A DNA stretch of 64,000 nucleotides, from NCBI GenBank assembly GCA_017502525.1, contig JAFVUV010000010.1:494-64493 (forward strand). The letters are read 5' to 3'. Shown in pieces: positions 54,970 through 64,000 of this stretch. The notes beneath the pieces are model-generated. The model had not been told where the DNA came from, made no database searches, and worked only from the letters and a program-made list of their open reading frames with translations. Position 1 is the stretch's first letter. Every line of letters starts with the position of its first letter. The translations under genes were made by a program, and so were the position numbers. This DNA is from Clostridia bacterium (lineage in GTDB: Bacteria > Bacillota > Clostridia > Christensenellales > Borkfalkiaceae).

Positions 54970-57183
54970 ATGAAAAATTTATTTGTAAAAAACAAATTTG
55001 TTGTAGTATTAATCGCCTTAGCTTTGATGTTTACTACTATAGGGGTAACAATGCTTGGCAATAAAGGCGATAACAGTAGTAAGTTTGTTACTAAGGGTGT
55101 TTATACCGTCTTAGCTGATGAACTACCTGAATTAACTAGTGACAAGTCACTTAAAGACGTAAAAGCAAAAGTTTCCGAAGACGGAAAATATCTTTTATTA
55201 GTATCAGCGTTTGATGATTCTTTCTTAAAGAGCGAAGGCCTTTACTACATAGGCTTTAAATACACATTAAACGAGCAAGATATCGACACGACGCAATTAG
55301 ATGGCGCAAAAACATCAACTTATTATGGCGAAGTGGCGTTAAACACTTCAGAAGGCGTGGTTAATCTAGGTGCAAGCGACATCTATAATAATCAAGATTT
55401 TGTAGACTATAGTTTAATCGTGTATGAAATTGAATTTGAGAATTCTTACGAAGAAGATTATGAGAATTTAGTAAATATACGTTCTTTTATAACTGAAGTT
55501 GAAGCAAACAATAACGGTGGATTTGACGTTGTGGAAGAATTAGTAAGTGCAACCCAAAAAGATACTTCAGCGGAAGATATCTCTATTTATCAATTATATA
55601 ACGGTGATTTTGAACAAGGTTTAGAAGGATGGACCAAAGTTGGTAATATTGGGGATGTAAGTTCTGACAGTACCTATTGGAACGAAGGCATTGAATTCGG
55701 TATGGATGGAGAAAAAATGTTCTCTGCTTATACTTCTGGCGCAGAAGAAAAAGCCGTTGGTACGCTTACTTCATCAAGTTTCAAGGTTGGCGGTTCTGGC
55801 TTTGTTACCTTTAAGATTGGTGCAATGAGAGACGGTAACTACGTTTACGTTGACGTTGTTGACGCAGAAACTAAGCAAATTCTTGCTCGTTATTACAATG
55901 GCTTGTGGTCGGAAGCAGACCTAAGTGGCTGTAAGCTTATCGCATACAAGGCAGACTTATCAGCGTTTAACGGTAAGGAAGTTTTCTTCAGAATTAGCGA
56001 TAACGCAGATAGCGGATATGGTTTGTTCTTTGCGGATAGTTTTATTACTTATTACGAAAACGAACCTGATGGCTTTAATGTGGCAACTCCTGTAGATTAT
56101 GCTGTATCTGGCACTATTTACGACGTGTTTAATGGTGGTTTTGAATTGGGTAACGTTCAAGGTTGGTGGAATCAAGGCGAAATTGGCGTTGTTACCAACG
56201 CAAACGGATACTGGGGCGATAATATTCCTTATGGTAAGGATGGAGATTATCTCTTTACGGGTGTAGAGAGCTTTGGTGCTGATACAAAGAGAGAAGGTAA
56301 CCGCGGTGCTCTAACAAGTTCAATCTTTGAAATTGGTGGAACGGGTTATATTTCATTTATGCTCGGTGGCGGCGGAAGTCAATTGTGTTACGTTCAAGTA
56401 ATTGACGCTGTTACTAACGAAGTATTAGCAAGATATCATCAACAAGCACAAGAAGATGCTAAACTTATCCAATATATTGCAAATCTTTCTGCATATATCG
56501 GAAGAACTGCTAGAGTACAAGTTGTTGACCAAGCTGAGAGTGGATGGGGTTGTGTATCGTTTGATAACGTTGTAACCTATTATCCCGAAGGAGCAATCTT
56601 GCCAGAAGGTATTACGGCAATCGATATTAAGGAAAATATAAAATACACCATTGATAATGGTAGTTTTGAAACGGGTAATATTGATGGTTGGACAATGAAT
56701 ATTACCGAAGCAGGTGCGCACAACACGTTAGGATGGGTATTGGAAACCGAAATTGACGCTGGTTGGTATACTAAAAACAATGATACCAAAGATGGTAGAT
56801 ATTTATTTACCTTTGCCCAACCAGGCGACATTAACTGTGAAAATAGTAAAGGCACGTTGCAAAGCTCTACTTTTAGCTTAAAACAAGGCTCTTTCGTATC
56901 CTTTAAGTTTGGTGCAGCAGGTGGTGGTCAAAACCATAACGTTTATATTGAATTATGTAGAGCAGACGGCAGTGTAATTGCTAGATTCTTTAACGATGCG
57001 CCAGGCAAAGAAAATACCAAAATGAATTCTTATTATTATCAATATGACGGTATAGAAGTGGATTGCTTCTTTAGAGTTGTGGATAATTCAACTGGCGACG
57101 GCAACTATGGTTGTCTAGTTATAGATGATTTTAGAGTTAACCTTGAAAGCGCACCAGAAGGTTATATTGCCGCTATTCAATAA
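54970..57183 (+). CDS. Membrane-anchored or secreted 737-aa protein: shared N-terminal domain + three copies of the NGxFExG module
   Basis: N-terminal TM/signal (FVVVLIALALMFTTIGVTML). aa ~60-180 align with the N-terminal domain of the 22484/26307 products (VSEDGKYLLLVSAF, LYYIGFKYT, LIVYEIEF). Modules start at ~55600, 56131 and 56656. Confidence 0.6.
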   Translation: MKNLFVKNKFVVVLIALALMFTTIGVTMLGNKGDNSSKFVTKGVYTVLADELPELTSDKSLKDVKAKVSEDGKYLLLVSAFDDSFLKSEGLYYIGFKYTLNEQDIDTTQLDGAKTSTYYGEVALNTSEGVVNLGASDIYNNQDFVDYSLIVYEIEFENSYEEDYENLVNIRSFITEVEANNNGGFDVVEELVSATQKDTSAEDISIYQLYNGDFEQGLEGWTKVGNIGDVSSDSTYWNEGIEFGMDGEKMFSAYTSGAEEKAVGTLTSSSFKVGGSGFVTFKIGAMRDGNYVYVDVVDAETKQILARYYNGLWSEADLSGCKLIAYKADLSAFNGKEVFFRISDNADSGYGLFFADSFITYYENEPDGFNVATPVDYAVSGTIYDVFNGGFELGNVQGWWNQGEIGVVTNANGYWGDNIPYGKDGDYLFTGVESFGADTKREGNRGALTSSIFEIGGTGYISFMLGGGGSQLCYVQVIDAVTNEVLARYHQQAQEDAKLIQYIANLSAYIGRTARVQVVDQAESGWGCVSFDNVVTYYPEGAILPEGITAIDIKENIKYTIDNGSFETGNIDGWTMNITEAGAHNTLGWVLETEIDAGWYTKNNDTKDGRYLFTFAQPGDINCENSKGTLQSSTFSLKQGSFVSFKFGAAGGGQNHNVYIELCRADGSVIARFFNDAPGKENTKMNSYYYQYDGIEVDCFFRVVDNSTGDGNYGCLVIDDFRVNLESAPEGYIAAIQ

Positions 57184-57264
57184 TATAATAAACATTAATT
57201 AATAAAGTTTTCGCCCCTTGTCCGAGTGATAAGGGGTGGGAAAATTAAAAAGCGAGACTAATTT

Positions 57265-58617
57265 ATGACTATTACTAAAACAAAACAACCCGCTTTTCAT
57301 ATTACAGGAGAAACAGGCTGGATAAATGACCCTAACGGTCTTATTTATTACAAAGGGAAATATCACGTTTTTTTTCAATATCATCCGTACGATACTGTTT
57401 GGGGACCAATGCACTGGGGGCACGTTGTTAGTGAAGATTTAACTAACTGGCAATATCTTCCTATTGCATTAAAACCAGGGGATATAGGTGATGAAGACGG
57501 CTGTTTTTCTGGTAGTGCAATAGAGTTTAATGGTAAACTATACCTTATGTACACGGGCTTTGCTGAAAATCAAGGTGGCGATAGCATCAGACAGCTTCAA
57601 TGCCTTGCAGAAAGTGAAGATGGTATTAATTTTAAAAAGCACGGTGTGGTTATTGGCGAAGATAAACTTCCCGCTGGTTATGCTCCTTGTGATTTTCGTG
57701 ACCCTAAGGTTTGGCGACATGATGACCAATTTTGGTGTGTTGTCGCTGCCCGTAAATATGATGGCAAAGGTAGGGTATTATTGTATAAATCTTTAGACCT
57801 TTTTGATTGGACGTTTGTCAATGACGTGTTTCAAAAAGATAGTCTAGGGGTTATGATTGAATGCCCTGATTATAATCAAGAACTTAGTTATATGTTTACT
57901 TGTGAACAGTTCCAACCAAGTGAAAACGACGTTCACTTAAACGTACATACCTGTCGTTATCATATTGGGAAACTTGATTATTCTACGGGGGTATTTAACG
58001 AACAAACTCGTGGTATAGTGGATTACGGATTCGATATATATGCTCCACAAACTTTTAGTGGCACTAACGTTGTTATTGGCTGGCTGAATATGTGGGACAG
58101 AAACGTTCCTTCTGCAAAGTATGGTTTTGCAGGTATGTTAACCGTGCCTAGAAAAGTGAGCGTTAAAGACGGAAAATTGTTCCAAGAACCGATTGTAAAC
58201 GTTAAAGAAGGTTTGATTCAAAACGTGGAAGACCGACTTAATGATAACGTTACCAAAGGGGTTATAACTATTAAAGCACGAGGCTTGCACGACTTGTCGT
58301 TGAAAATGCGTTCTAACGGCGAGAATTATACCGAATTGACCTTAAAGGATGGGCAATGGGTATTTAATCGCGCTAAGTCTGGGGAAGAAATTAAGGGTGT
58401 TGAAAAAGACGTGGATTCTCTTGCTGGTATACGTCGTATGCCTTGTTCTATGAACGAAGAAATCATTTTGACAATCGTTTTAGATGAGTTTTCTGTGGAG
58501 GTTTTTGAAGATGGTAATGCATTATCCTCTACCATATACCCACCTGTAGACGCAAATGAATTGATTTTAAGTGTTAAGGCAGATAATTGCACCTATCAAA
58601 AATCAAAAATAGTATAA
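57265..58617 (+). CDS. Cytoplasmic GH32 beta-fructofuranosidase (sucrose-6-phosphate hydrolase/invertase type)
   Basis: WINDPNGLIYYKGKYHVFFQYHP, FRDPKVW and MIECPDY. No signal peptide. ~450 aa, two-domain size. Confidence 0.88.
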   Translation: MTITKTKQPAFHITGETGWINDPNGLIYYKGKYHVFFQYHPYDTVWGPMHWGHVVSEDLTNWQYLPIALKPGDIGDEDGCFSGSAIEFNGKLYLMYTGFAENQGGDSIRQLQCLAESEDGINFKKHGVVIGEDKLPAGYAPCDFRDPKVWRHDDQFWCVVAARKYDGKGRVLLYKSLDLFDWTFVNDVFQKDSLGVMIECPDYNQELSYMFTCEQFQPSENDVHLNVHTCRYHIGKLDYSTGVFNEQTRGIVDYGFDIYAPQTFSGTNVVIGWLNMWDRNVPSAKYGFAGMLTVPRKVSVKDGKLFQEPIVNVKEGLIQNVEDRLNDNVTKGVITIKARGLHDLSLKMRSNGENYTELTLKDGQWVFNRAKSGEEIKGVEKDVDSLAGIRRMPCSMNEEIILTIVLDEFSVEVFEDGNALSSTIYPPVDANELILSVKADNCTYQKSKIV

Positions 58618-58623
58618 ATTAAA

Positions 58624-58654
58624 AAAAGCATTGGTAGCGCACCAATGCTTTTTA
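58624..58654 (+). terminator. Intrinsic terminator ending the fructan locus
   Basis: AAAGCATTGGT-AGCGC-ACCAATGCTTT + TTT. A second nested hairpin with a T-run follows at ~58668-58718. Confidence 0.8.
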
Positions 58655-58821
58655 TTGTTGACACAACTAGACACACTTCCAAATCCTAGATTACTAGGTC
58701 AAACGGAAGTGTGTTTTTCATATATATACGAAATATTCTGTAAAACCGATGGATTTCTATTGTTTTTTTGTTTTATCGTGATATAATTATTACGTTAAAA
58801 CTTTTTGCAAGAATTAAAAAA

Positions 58822-59757
58822 ATGAAAGATTACGTTTTGAATTATTACCCTAAGTTTAAGTGTCTGGCTGAAAAATGCAAGCATACCTGTTGCGCGGGGT
58901 GGGAAATGAATATTGACAAAAGGACTTTAGACGCGTACAAAAGCGACACGTCTAAATTTTCCGCATCATTAAAAAAAGGCGTGAACTTTAAAAAGTCTTG
59001 CTTTAAGTCGAATAAAGTAGGGCGGTGCGCCTTTCTTAATAGCGACGGATTGTGTGAAATTATAATTAATTTAGGCGAAAACAGTTTGTGCCAAGTTTGT
59101 CGCGACCATCCTAGGTTTAGAAGTTTTTTTCTAGATAGAGTTGAAATGGGGTTAGGATTTTGTTGCGAACAAGCAACCAAAATCATTTTATCTTTTGATG
59201 ATAAAATAGAACCCATGCTTATGGGCGACAATGGGGAGCATATAGAACTTGATTTTAATCAAAAAAACGTTATTGAGTTTAGACAAAAAGCATTAGAGAT
59301 ATTGCAAGACAGAAAAATATCTATTAATAATAGGATAGAAAGCCTTTTAAAACTTAGTAATGCTAACGTGTTAGAAAAAGATTATAATAAAATTCTAAAA
59401 AAATTTTTAACTTTTGAAAGGTTGGATAAAAATTGGACGAAAAGATTAAAAGGCATTAGGAAAAAACCTTTCAATATTAGTATTGATGAGAGTTTATCAC
59501 TTTATTGTGAGCAGTTTTTAGTTAACGAGTTATACAGGCATTTATCGGATGCGGAAGACACGTTGTGGGTGCGCGCAAGGGCGATAGCGTCGGTGTTTTC
59601 GTGGTGGATAATTAAAACCATTATTGAGAATGAGAAAGAAAGCGATTGTTTTAGCACGATTGTAGACGTCGTTCGTGCTTATTCTGCTGAAGTTGAGTAT
59701 TCACAAAAAAATTTGGATAAATTATTCTTTTTTGCGTATAAGTTTATTAAAATATAG
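58822..59757 (+). CDS. FliB/YkgJ-type cysteine-cluster protein (flagellin lysine-N-methylase family)
   Basis: YPKFKCLAEKCKHTCCAGWEMNIDKRTLDAY, CAFLNSDGLCEI and LCQVCRDHPR match the CxxCxxCC family pattern. The internal Met at 58822 is the probable start. Confidence 0.65.
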   Translation: MKDYVLNYYPKFKCLAEKCKHTCCAGWEMNIDKRTLDAYKSDTSKFSASLKKGVNFKKSCFKSNKVGRCAFLNSDGLCEIIINLGENSLCQVCRDHPRFRSFFLDRVEMGLGFCCEQATKIILSFDDKIEPMLMGDNGEHIELDFNQKNVIEFRQKALEILQDRKISINNRIESLLKLSNANVLEKDYNKILKKFLTFERLDKNWTKRLKGIRKKPFNISIDESLSLYCEQFLVNELYRHLSDAEDTLWVRARAIASVFSWWIIKTIIENEKESDCFSTIVDVVRAYSAEVEYSQKNLDKLFFFAYKFIKI

Positions 59758-59774
59758 TCTTTAAAATTAAAAAG

Positions 59775-59814
59775 AAACCGCCGTCAAATCGTTAAATCGA
59801 TTTGACGGCGGTTT
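59775..59814. terminator. Bidirectional terminator between convergent genes
   Basis: Perfect 17-bp stem AAACCGCCGTCAAATCG / CGATTTGACGGCGGTTT. Confidence 0.85.
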
Positions 59815-59831
59815 AATATTTTATGTTTTAA

Positions 59832-60755
59832 CTATTTTATTTCAGCACTTTCAGCGCTTTCAATTTGTAGATTTTGTTCTTTAGTTTCTTCGGGCTTAAC
59901 CCAGTCGAAGTAACCTTTAACGCCCATAACGTCAACGTAATATGCAAACGTATTGGGTTGTTTAGAAATGATGCTTAAAAATTCTGCTAATTGATAATAG
60001 TTGATAACTACAACGATAACGGTTTTTTCTTGTTTAGAATACACGCCTTTACCTTGCATAATTGTTGCACCGTGTTTTAAGTTGTTAATAATCTCGTTGC
60101 AAATATATTCGGGGTCGTCGGTAACAACTTCAAATTTAATCGCGCTACGCGTACTCTTAAGTACAGATGAAGATACTTGTTCGCACACGAAAACTTCTAT
60201 TGCAGAGAGCAATACGCTTTCTAAAGAGCCGAATACAAAGAAAGTTAAGGCAATCGTTATGTAACTTAAAATAGCGATTATGCGTTCAACTTTAACGTGG
60301 CGCATCTTTGTTTGGAACATACAGCCGATTATATCAACGCCACCTGCAGATGCACCTATTTTTAACATAAGTGCCGTTCCGCCTTGAGCAATGCCTGCGA
60401 ATATAGCGGGGATTAAAACGTTTTCAATGGGGAATACGGGAACTTGTAAAATGTGTAGTAAATTTACTATGCCCGTGCTTACTATCATATATACGCCCGT
60501 ATATATAACGTATCTTTTCTTAAGAATAAACCACGCTGCAATAAGTAGAGGTGTATTGAGCGCAAAGTTAAAAATACCAACGTTGATTACGTCACCGGTT
60601 AAATGACGAAGCATTGCGGATACACCGTCTATTCCGCTTGGTGCAAATTCAAACGGTTCAACGAAAAAGTATAAGCCCACACCTGAAATTACGCTGGCTA
60701 GAAGGGCTAAAAATAAAGTTGTTAGTTCCTTTTTAAAAGAAATTGTTTTCTTCAT
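59832..60755 (-). CDS. YitT-family membrane protein (DUF161 repeats + C-terminal DUF2179)
   Basis: Five or six TM helices. GASAGGVDIIGCMF motif. Soluble C-terminal domain KFEVVTDDPEYICNEIINNLKHGATIMQGKGVYS. Confidence 0.75.
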   Translation of the reverse strand: MKKTISFKKELTTLFLALLASVISGVGLYFFVEPFEFAPSGIDGVSAMLRHLTGDVINVGIFNFALNTPLLIAAWFILKKRYVIYTGVYMIVSTGIVNLLHILQVPVFPIENVLIPAIFAGIAQGGTALMLKIGASAGGVDIIGCMFQTKMRHVKVERIIAILSYITIALTFFVFGSLESVLLSAIEVFVCEQVSSSVLKSTRSAIKFEVVTDDPEYICNEIINNLKHGATIMQGKGVYSKQEKTVIVVVINYYQLAEFLSIISKQPNTFAYYVDVMGVKGYFDWVKPEETKEQNLQIESAESAEIK

Positions 60756-61044
60756 TGAGTTGCTCCTAAAATAATGTGTTAGTTGATTTTTTATTATAAA
60801 TTAAGTTATATTATACATTATTTTAAACTAAAATCAAGATTTTTTATTGAAGTTTTGCTATTCTATGCCTAAAAACTTGAAAAAAGCTTCAAAAATTTAA
60901 TTTTGTATATGTATAATTTAATTTAATAGTGGGTATAATTTATAATTTTATTATTGACTTAAAAAGTTTTTAGTGCTATAATGTTTCTTGATGGTTAAAA
61001 AATTTTTTAATTCTTAAAAATTTATTATATTTAGGAGATTTATT

Positions 61045-62121
61045 ATGAAGGTAGCAGTTTTAGGTTCTGGTAACGGCGCTTTGGCAACCGCTTTTGAATG
61101 GGCTAGAGCAGGACACGACATTTATATGTTTGATTTTCCGCAATTTGACAAACAAATTAAGGCAATCAATCAAGCAGGTGGTATTTATAGCGAAGGACAA
61201 ATGGAAGGTTTCCAACCCATTAAATACGCTGGCCACGATATCGAACTTTGTTTAAAAGATGCTGAATTGATATTTGCAGTTGGTCCCGCATACGCAACCG
61301 AACCATTTGGTAAAGCTTGCGCACCCTACGCAAAAGCAGGTCAAATCTTCGTTGTTTGCCCAAGTTCTTGCATGGGCGCAATTTTATTTAAAAACGCTCT
61401 TGGCTTAAATATTGAAGATAATTCTATTATCGTTTCTGATACTTCAACGCTTCCTTACGCAGTTCGTATCGTTGGCGATGGTAAAATCGCTGTTTACAAC
61501 AGATTAGGTGGCGGCGTATTATTGGCAACCTTACCTAGCACTAAAAACGATATGGTTTACGATTTACTTAAACCCGTTTACGAATGCGTTGAAAAAGCAA
61601 AAAACATTTTCCAAACTTGCTTACAAAACGCAAACCCCATGTTGCACCCCTGTATTACTACGCTTAATGCAGCACGCATTGAAGGTCCTAACGATTTCTT
61701 CTTCTATGAAGAAGGTGTTACACCTGGTGTTGGTAGATTACTTAAAGCGATTGACGACGAACGTATAGCTCTCGGCGCGGCGCTCGGCTTAAAGATTGAA
61801 GACGACCCCCATATCAGTATTCGTCAAGGTTATATGACCGAAGAAACTTACGATACGGGCTACTCAACGGCTCCTGGTTTTACTGGCATTAAAGCACAAA
61901 CTCAACTCGACTATCGTTATTATAACGAAGACGCTGGTTTCGGCTTAGTTTTGTGGGTTGACCTTGCTGATAGATTAGGCTTAGAACTTCCCAACGTTCG
62001 TGCAATGTTGCAAATCGTTTCTTCTATTATGGGTAGAGATTATAAGGCTGAAAAAGCACGTACCTTAGATACTTTAGGTCTTGCTGACTACAGCATTGAA
62101 AAATTATTAGAAATTCTCTAA
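61045..62121 (+). CDS. NAD/NADP octopine/nopaline (opine) dehydrogenase family protein
   Basis: N-terminal Rossmann MKVAVLGSGNGALATAFEWARAGHDIYMFD. Central NANPMLHP and C-terminal helical domain typical of the family. Confidence 0.7.
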   Translation: MKVAVLGSGNGALATAFEWARAGHDIYMFDFPQFDKQIKAINQAGGIYSEGQMEGFQPIKYAGHDIELCLKDAELIFAVGPAYATEPFGKACAPYAKAGQIFVVCPSSCMGAILFKNALGLNIEDNSIIVSDTSTLPYAVRIVGDGKIAVYNRLGGGVLLATLPSTKNDMVYDLLKPVYECVEKAKNIFQTCLQNANPMLHPCITTLNAARIEGPNDFFFYEEGVTPGVGRLLKAIDDERIALGAALGLKIEDDPHISIRQGYMTEETYDTGYSTAPGFTGIKAQTQLDYRYYNEDAGFGLVLWVDLADRLGLELPNVRAMLQIVSSIMGRDYKAEKARTLDTLGLADYSIEKLLEIL

Positions 62122-62140
62122 TTAGATTAATTGAAAAACT

Positions 62141-62175
62141 AAACGCCCGCCTGAAAAGGCGGGCGTTAAATTTTA
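62141..62175. terminator. Bidirectional terminator between convergent genes
   Basis: AACGCCCGCC-TGAAAA-GGCGGGCGTT followed by AAATTTT. Confidence 0.85.
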
Positions 62176-62198
62176 AACCAAACAAATATTTAAACGAA

Positions 62199-63077
62199 TT
62201 ATCTATACATTTTAAGTTTATCCGAGACTATTTCTACGGCAAAGGGGATGTCGGGATATAGCTCGCCGTCGACATTGACCGTGTAAGGATGTTCGGTGGT
62301 AATTTCAACCTTTTTGCAAGGCGAATATACGGTTTGTTTAAACTTCATAATTTTTCCCATTAAAAGTTTTATAAATGCAAGGGGGATAGCGATTTTTTTA
62401 ATTTCGGTTACCGCTATGAAGTCTAACTTTTTATCGGTTGGATTTGCGATTGGGCAAATAGGAATTCCACCACCGTAAACGTGTCCGTTAGCAATGCACG
62501 CGATAAACGATTTAAGCGATTTTTCTTCACCGTCGATTTGGGCGGTAAAATCTGTGTAATGGAAATTCATTAGTGTTTTTAACAAACACTTAGTATATCC
62601 GAACTTATTTTTACGTTTTAAGTTATTGTATCTAATCAAGACGTCGACGTCAATACCCATACAAACGATATTTATTCCACGGACGGTAGGCAATTGAAAA
62701 TAATCGGTATATTTAGGTGTACCGTCGAGAATTAAGTCGAGCGCTTTTACGGGGTCTTTAGGAAGTTTAAGTGCTGAAGCAAAGTCATTGCCCGTTCCGC
62801 AAGGAATAAGCCCTAAATTCACTCTGTCAAAATCGGCAAAGCCGTTAATAACTTCGTGCAAGGTGCCGTCTCCACCCATAACGATAATGTCAGTTGCACC
62901 ATTTTGTATAATCTCTTTAGTTAGAGCTGTTCCGTGTCCTTTATATTCGGTAAAATGCAACCTGTATTCGACCTTGCGTTCAGCAAGGCGTTGTTCAATT
63001 TTAGCGAGTGCTTTTTTAATCTTTTTCCCTTTTTTTCCGCCCGCAATCGGATTTAATATAATATCCAAATTCATCAC
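62199..63077 (-). CDS. Diacylglycerol/lipid kinase family protein (YegS/DagK-like)
   Basis: IILNPIAGGKKGKK, IIVMGGDGTLHEVINGF and PCGTGNDFA. Confidence 0.85.
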   Translation of the reverse strand: MMNLDIILNPIAGGKKGKKIKKALAKIEQRLAERKVEYRLHFTEYKGHGTALTKEIIQNGATDIIVMGGDGTLHEVINGFADFDRVNLGLIPCGTGNDFASALKLPKDPVKALDLILDGTPKYTDYFQLPTVRGINIVCMGIDVDVLIRYNNLKRKNKFGYTKCLLKTLMNFHYTDFTAQIDGEEKSLKSFIACIANGHVYGGGIPICPIANPTDKKLDFIAVTEIKKIAIPLAFIKLLMGKIMKFKQTVYSPCKKVEITTEHPYTVNVDGELYPDIPFAVEIVSDKLKMYR

Positions 63078-63148
63078 CTGTAAAAAATATATTTAAAGTT
63101 TACTACAAAATTAACAAAAATTCAAGTTTTTATGTTATAATTATAGGC

Positions 63149-64000
63149 ATGAAAAGAATTTTTGCAAAAAATTTAATTGAATTAGCGCAAAAATTACCTT
63201 CGCCGTTATACGCCGTGGGTGGCGTTGTGCGCGATTTTTTAATTGACGGAACGGCTGGCGTGGATATTGACCTTGCCGCGGCAATCCCTTCTGAACTGTT
63301 AATTAAAGCTTTTGAAGGCACTGATTTTAGAGCTGTTGCCGAATATAAACGCACGGGGACGGTTATGTTTACCGACGGCAAAATTCATTATGAATATACT
63401 GCTTTTCGTCGTGAAAAATATATAGGCGGGATACACACGCCTATTGAAACTGAATTTACTTTAGATATAAAAGAAGACGCACTTCGCCGTGATTTTAAGT
63501 GTAACGCTGTCTACTACGATTTGAAAAACGATACGATAGTAGACCCCTTAGGCGGTGTTAACGATATAAAAACGCATACGCTTGATACGGTAACGATAGC
63601 TGACAAAGTTTTTTCGTGTGACGGACTTAGACTTATGCGTCTTGCTCGGTTTGCGGGCGAGTTAAATTTTAGGCCGACGCCAACCGTTTTAAATGCCGCG
63701 AGAAAGTATGCTGATAACATAAGGGATATTTCGCCCGAGCGTATTTACGCTGAACTTGTTAGAACGTTACAAGCTGATACGGCGCACTCGTTTTCAGATA
63801 AACAAGGGCATTATACCGCTCTTAAAATACTTGACGAAACGCGTGTTTTGGATAGAATTTTTCCCGAACTTGCTGAAGGACGCGGTATGGCGCAACGCGC
63901 GGATTTTCACCGTTACGACGTGCTGGAACACGGATTAAGGTGTGTTCTTTATGCGGATAAAAGCATTAGGCTTGGCGCACTTTTGCACGATATAGCAAAA
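63149..64000 (+). CDS. cca: CCA-adding tRNA nucleotidyltransferase / poly(A) polymerase family, 3' end beyond the window
   Basis: Not in the ORF track because it is open-ended. Hand translation gives MKRIFAKNLIELAQKLPSPLYAVGGVVRDFLIDGTAGVDIDLAAA..., RRDFKCNAVYYD, LRLMRLARFA, and the HD region FHRYDVLEH. Confidence 0.8.
   Translation, partial: MKRIFAKNLIELAQKLPSPLYAVGGVVRDFLIDGTAGVDIDLAAAIPSELLIKAFEGTDFRAVAEYKRTGTVMFTDGKIHYEYTAFRREKYIGGIHTPIETEFTLDIKEDALRRDFKCNAVYYDLKNDTIVDPLGGVNDIKTHTLDTVTIADKVFSCDGLRLMRLARFAGELNFRPTPTVLNAARKYADNIRDISPERIYAELVRTLQADTAHSFSDKQGHYTALKILDETRVLDRIFPELAEGRGMAQRADFHRYDVLEHGLRCVLYADKSIRLGALLHDIAK

Overview
Low-GC, Firmicutes/Clostridia-like chromosomal window, almost fully coding and mostly on the + strand. 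All domain calls come from reading motifs by eye, with no database search.

Layout:
(1) 1-7.7 kb: an accessory, defence-like island. It holds an IS3-family transposase, a split OLD-type ATPase + RloB/Toprim pair, a tight PRTase + DprA/SLOG-like + HAD operon, a free-standing structured RNA candidate, and an orphan 418-aa gene with its own promoter.
(2) 7.8-30.9 kb: a glycan-utilisation locus. It holds an AraC/PocR regulator, a GH3, a xylose-isomerase-like TIM-barrel protein, an LplABC-type ABC importer, several very large secreted proteins and lipoproteins built from shuffled paralogous modules, a GH20-like enzyme and an FAD oxidoreductase.
(3) 31.1-31.4 kb: two tRNAs (CAU and Glu-UUC) behind a consensus promoter.
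(4) 31.4-37.6 kb: a patchy accessory segment. It holds a lipoprotein, stacked terminator hairpins, an orphan Rhs-core fragment, an XRE + ECF sigma + secreted Cys-peptidase-like + anti-sigma-like module, three 21-bp-phased direct repeats and two small reverse-strand genes.
(5) 37.8-58.6 kb: a large fructan (inulin/levan) utilisation locus. It holds an MsmK-like ATPase with a large coiled-coil insertion, fructokinase, three GH32 enzymes, LacI, an ABC importer and two proteins carrying seven copies of an unassigned ~190-aa module.
(6) 58.8-64 kb: housekeeping-type genes (FliB/YkgJ-like Cys-cluster protein, YitT, opine-dehydrogenase family, lipid kinase, partial CCA-adding enzyme).

Most interesting:
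- The PRTase-DprA/SLOG-HAD operon and the adjacent structured RNA.
- A recurring cassette of a small unannotated 47-60 aa peptide followed by a secreted protein that starts with a shared ~120-aa N-terminal domain. It occurs three times, across both glycan loci.
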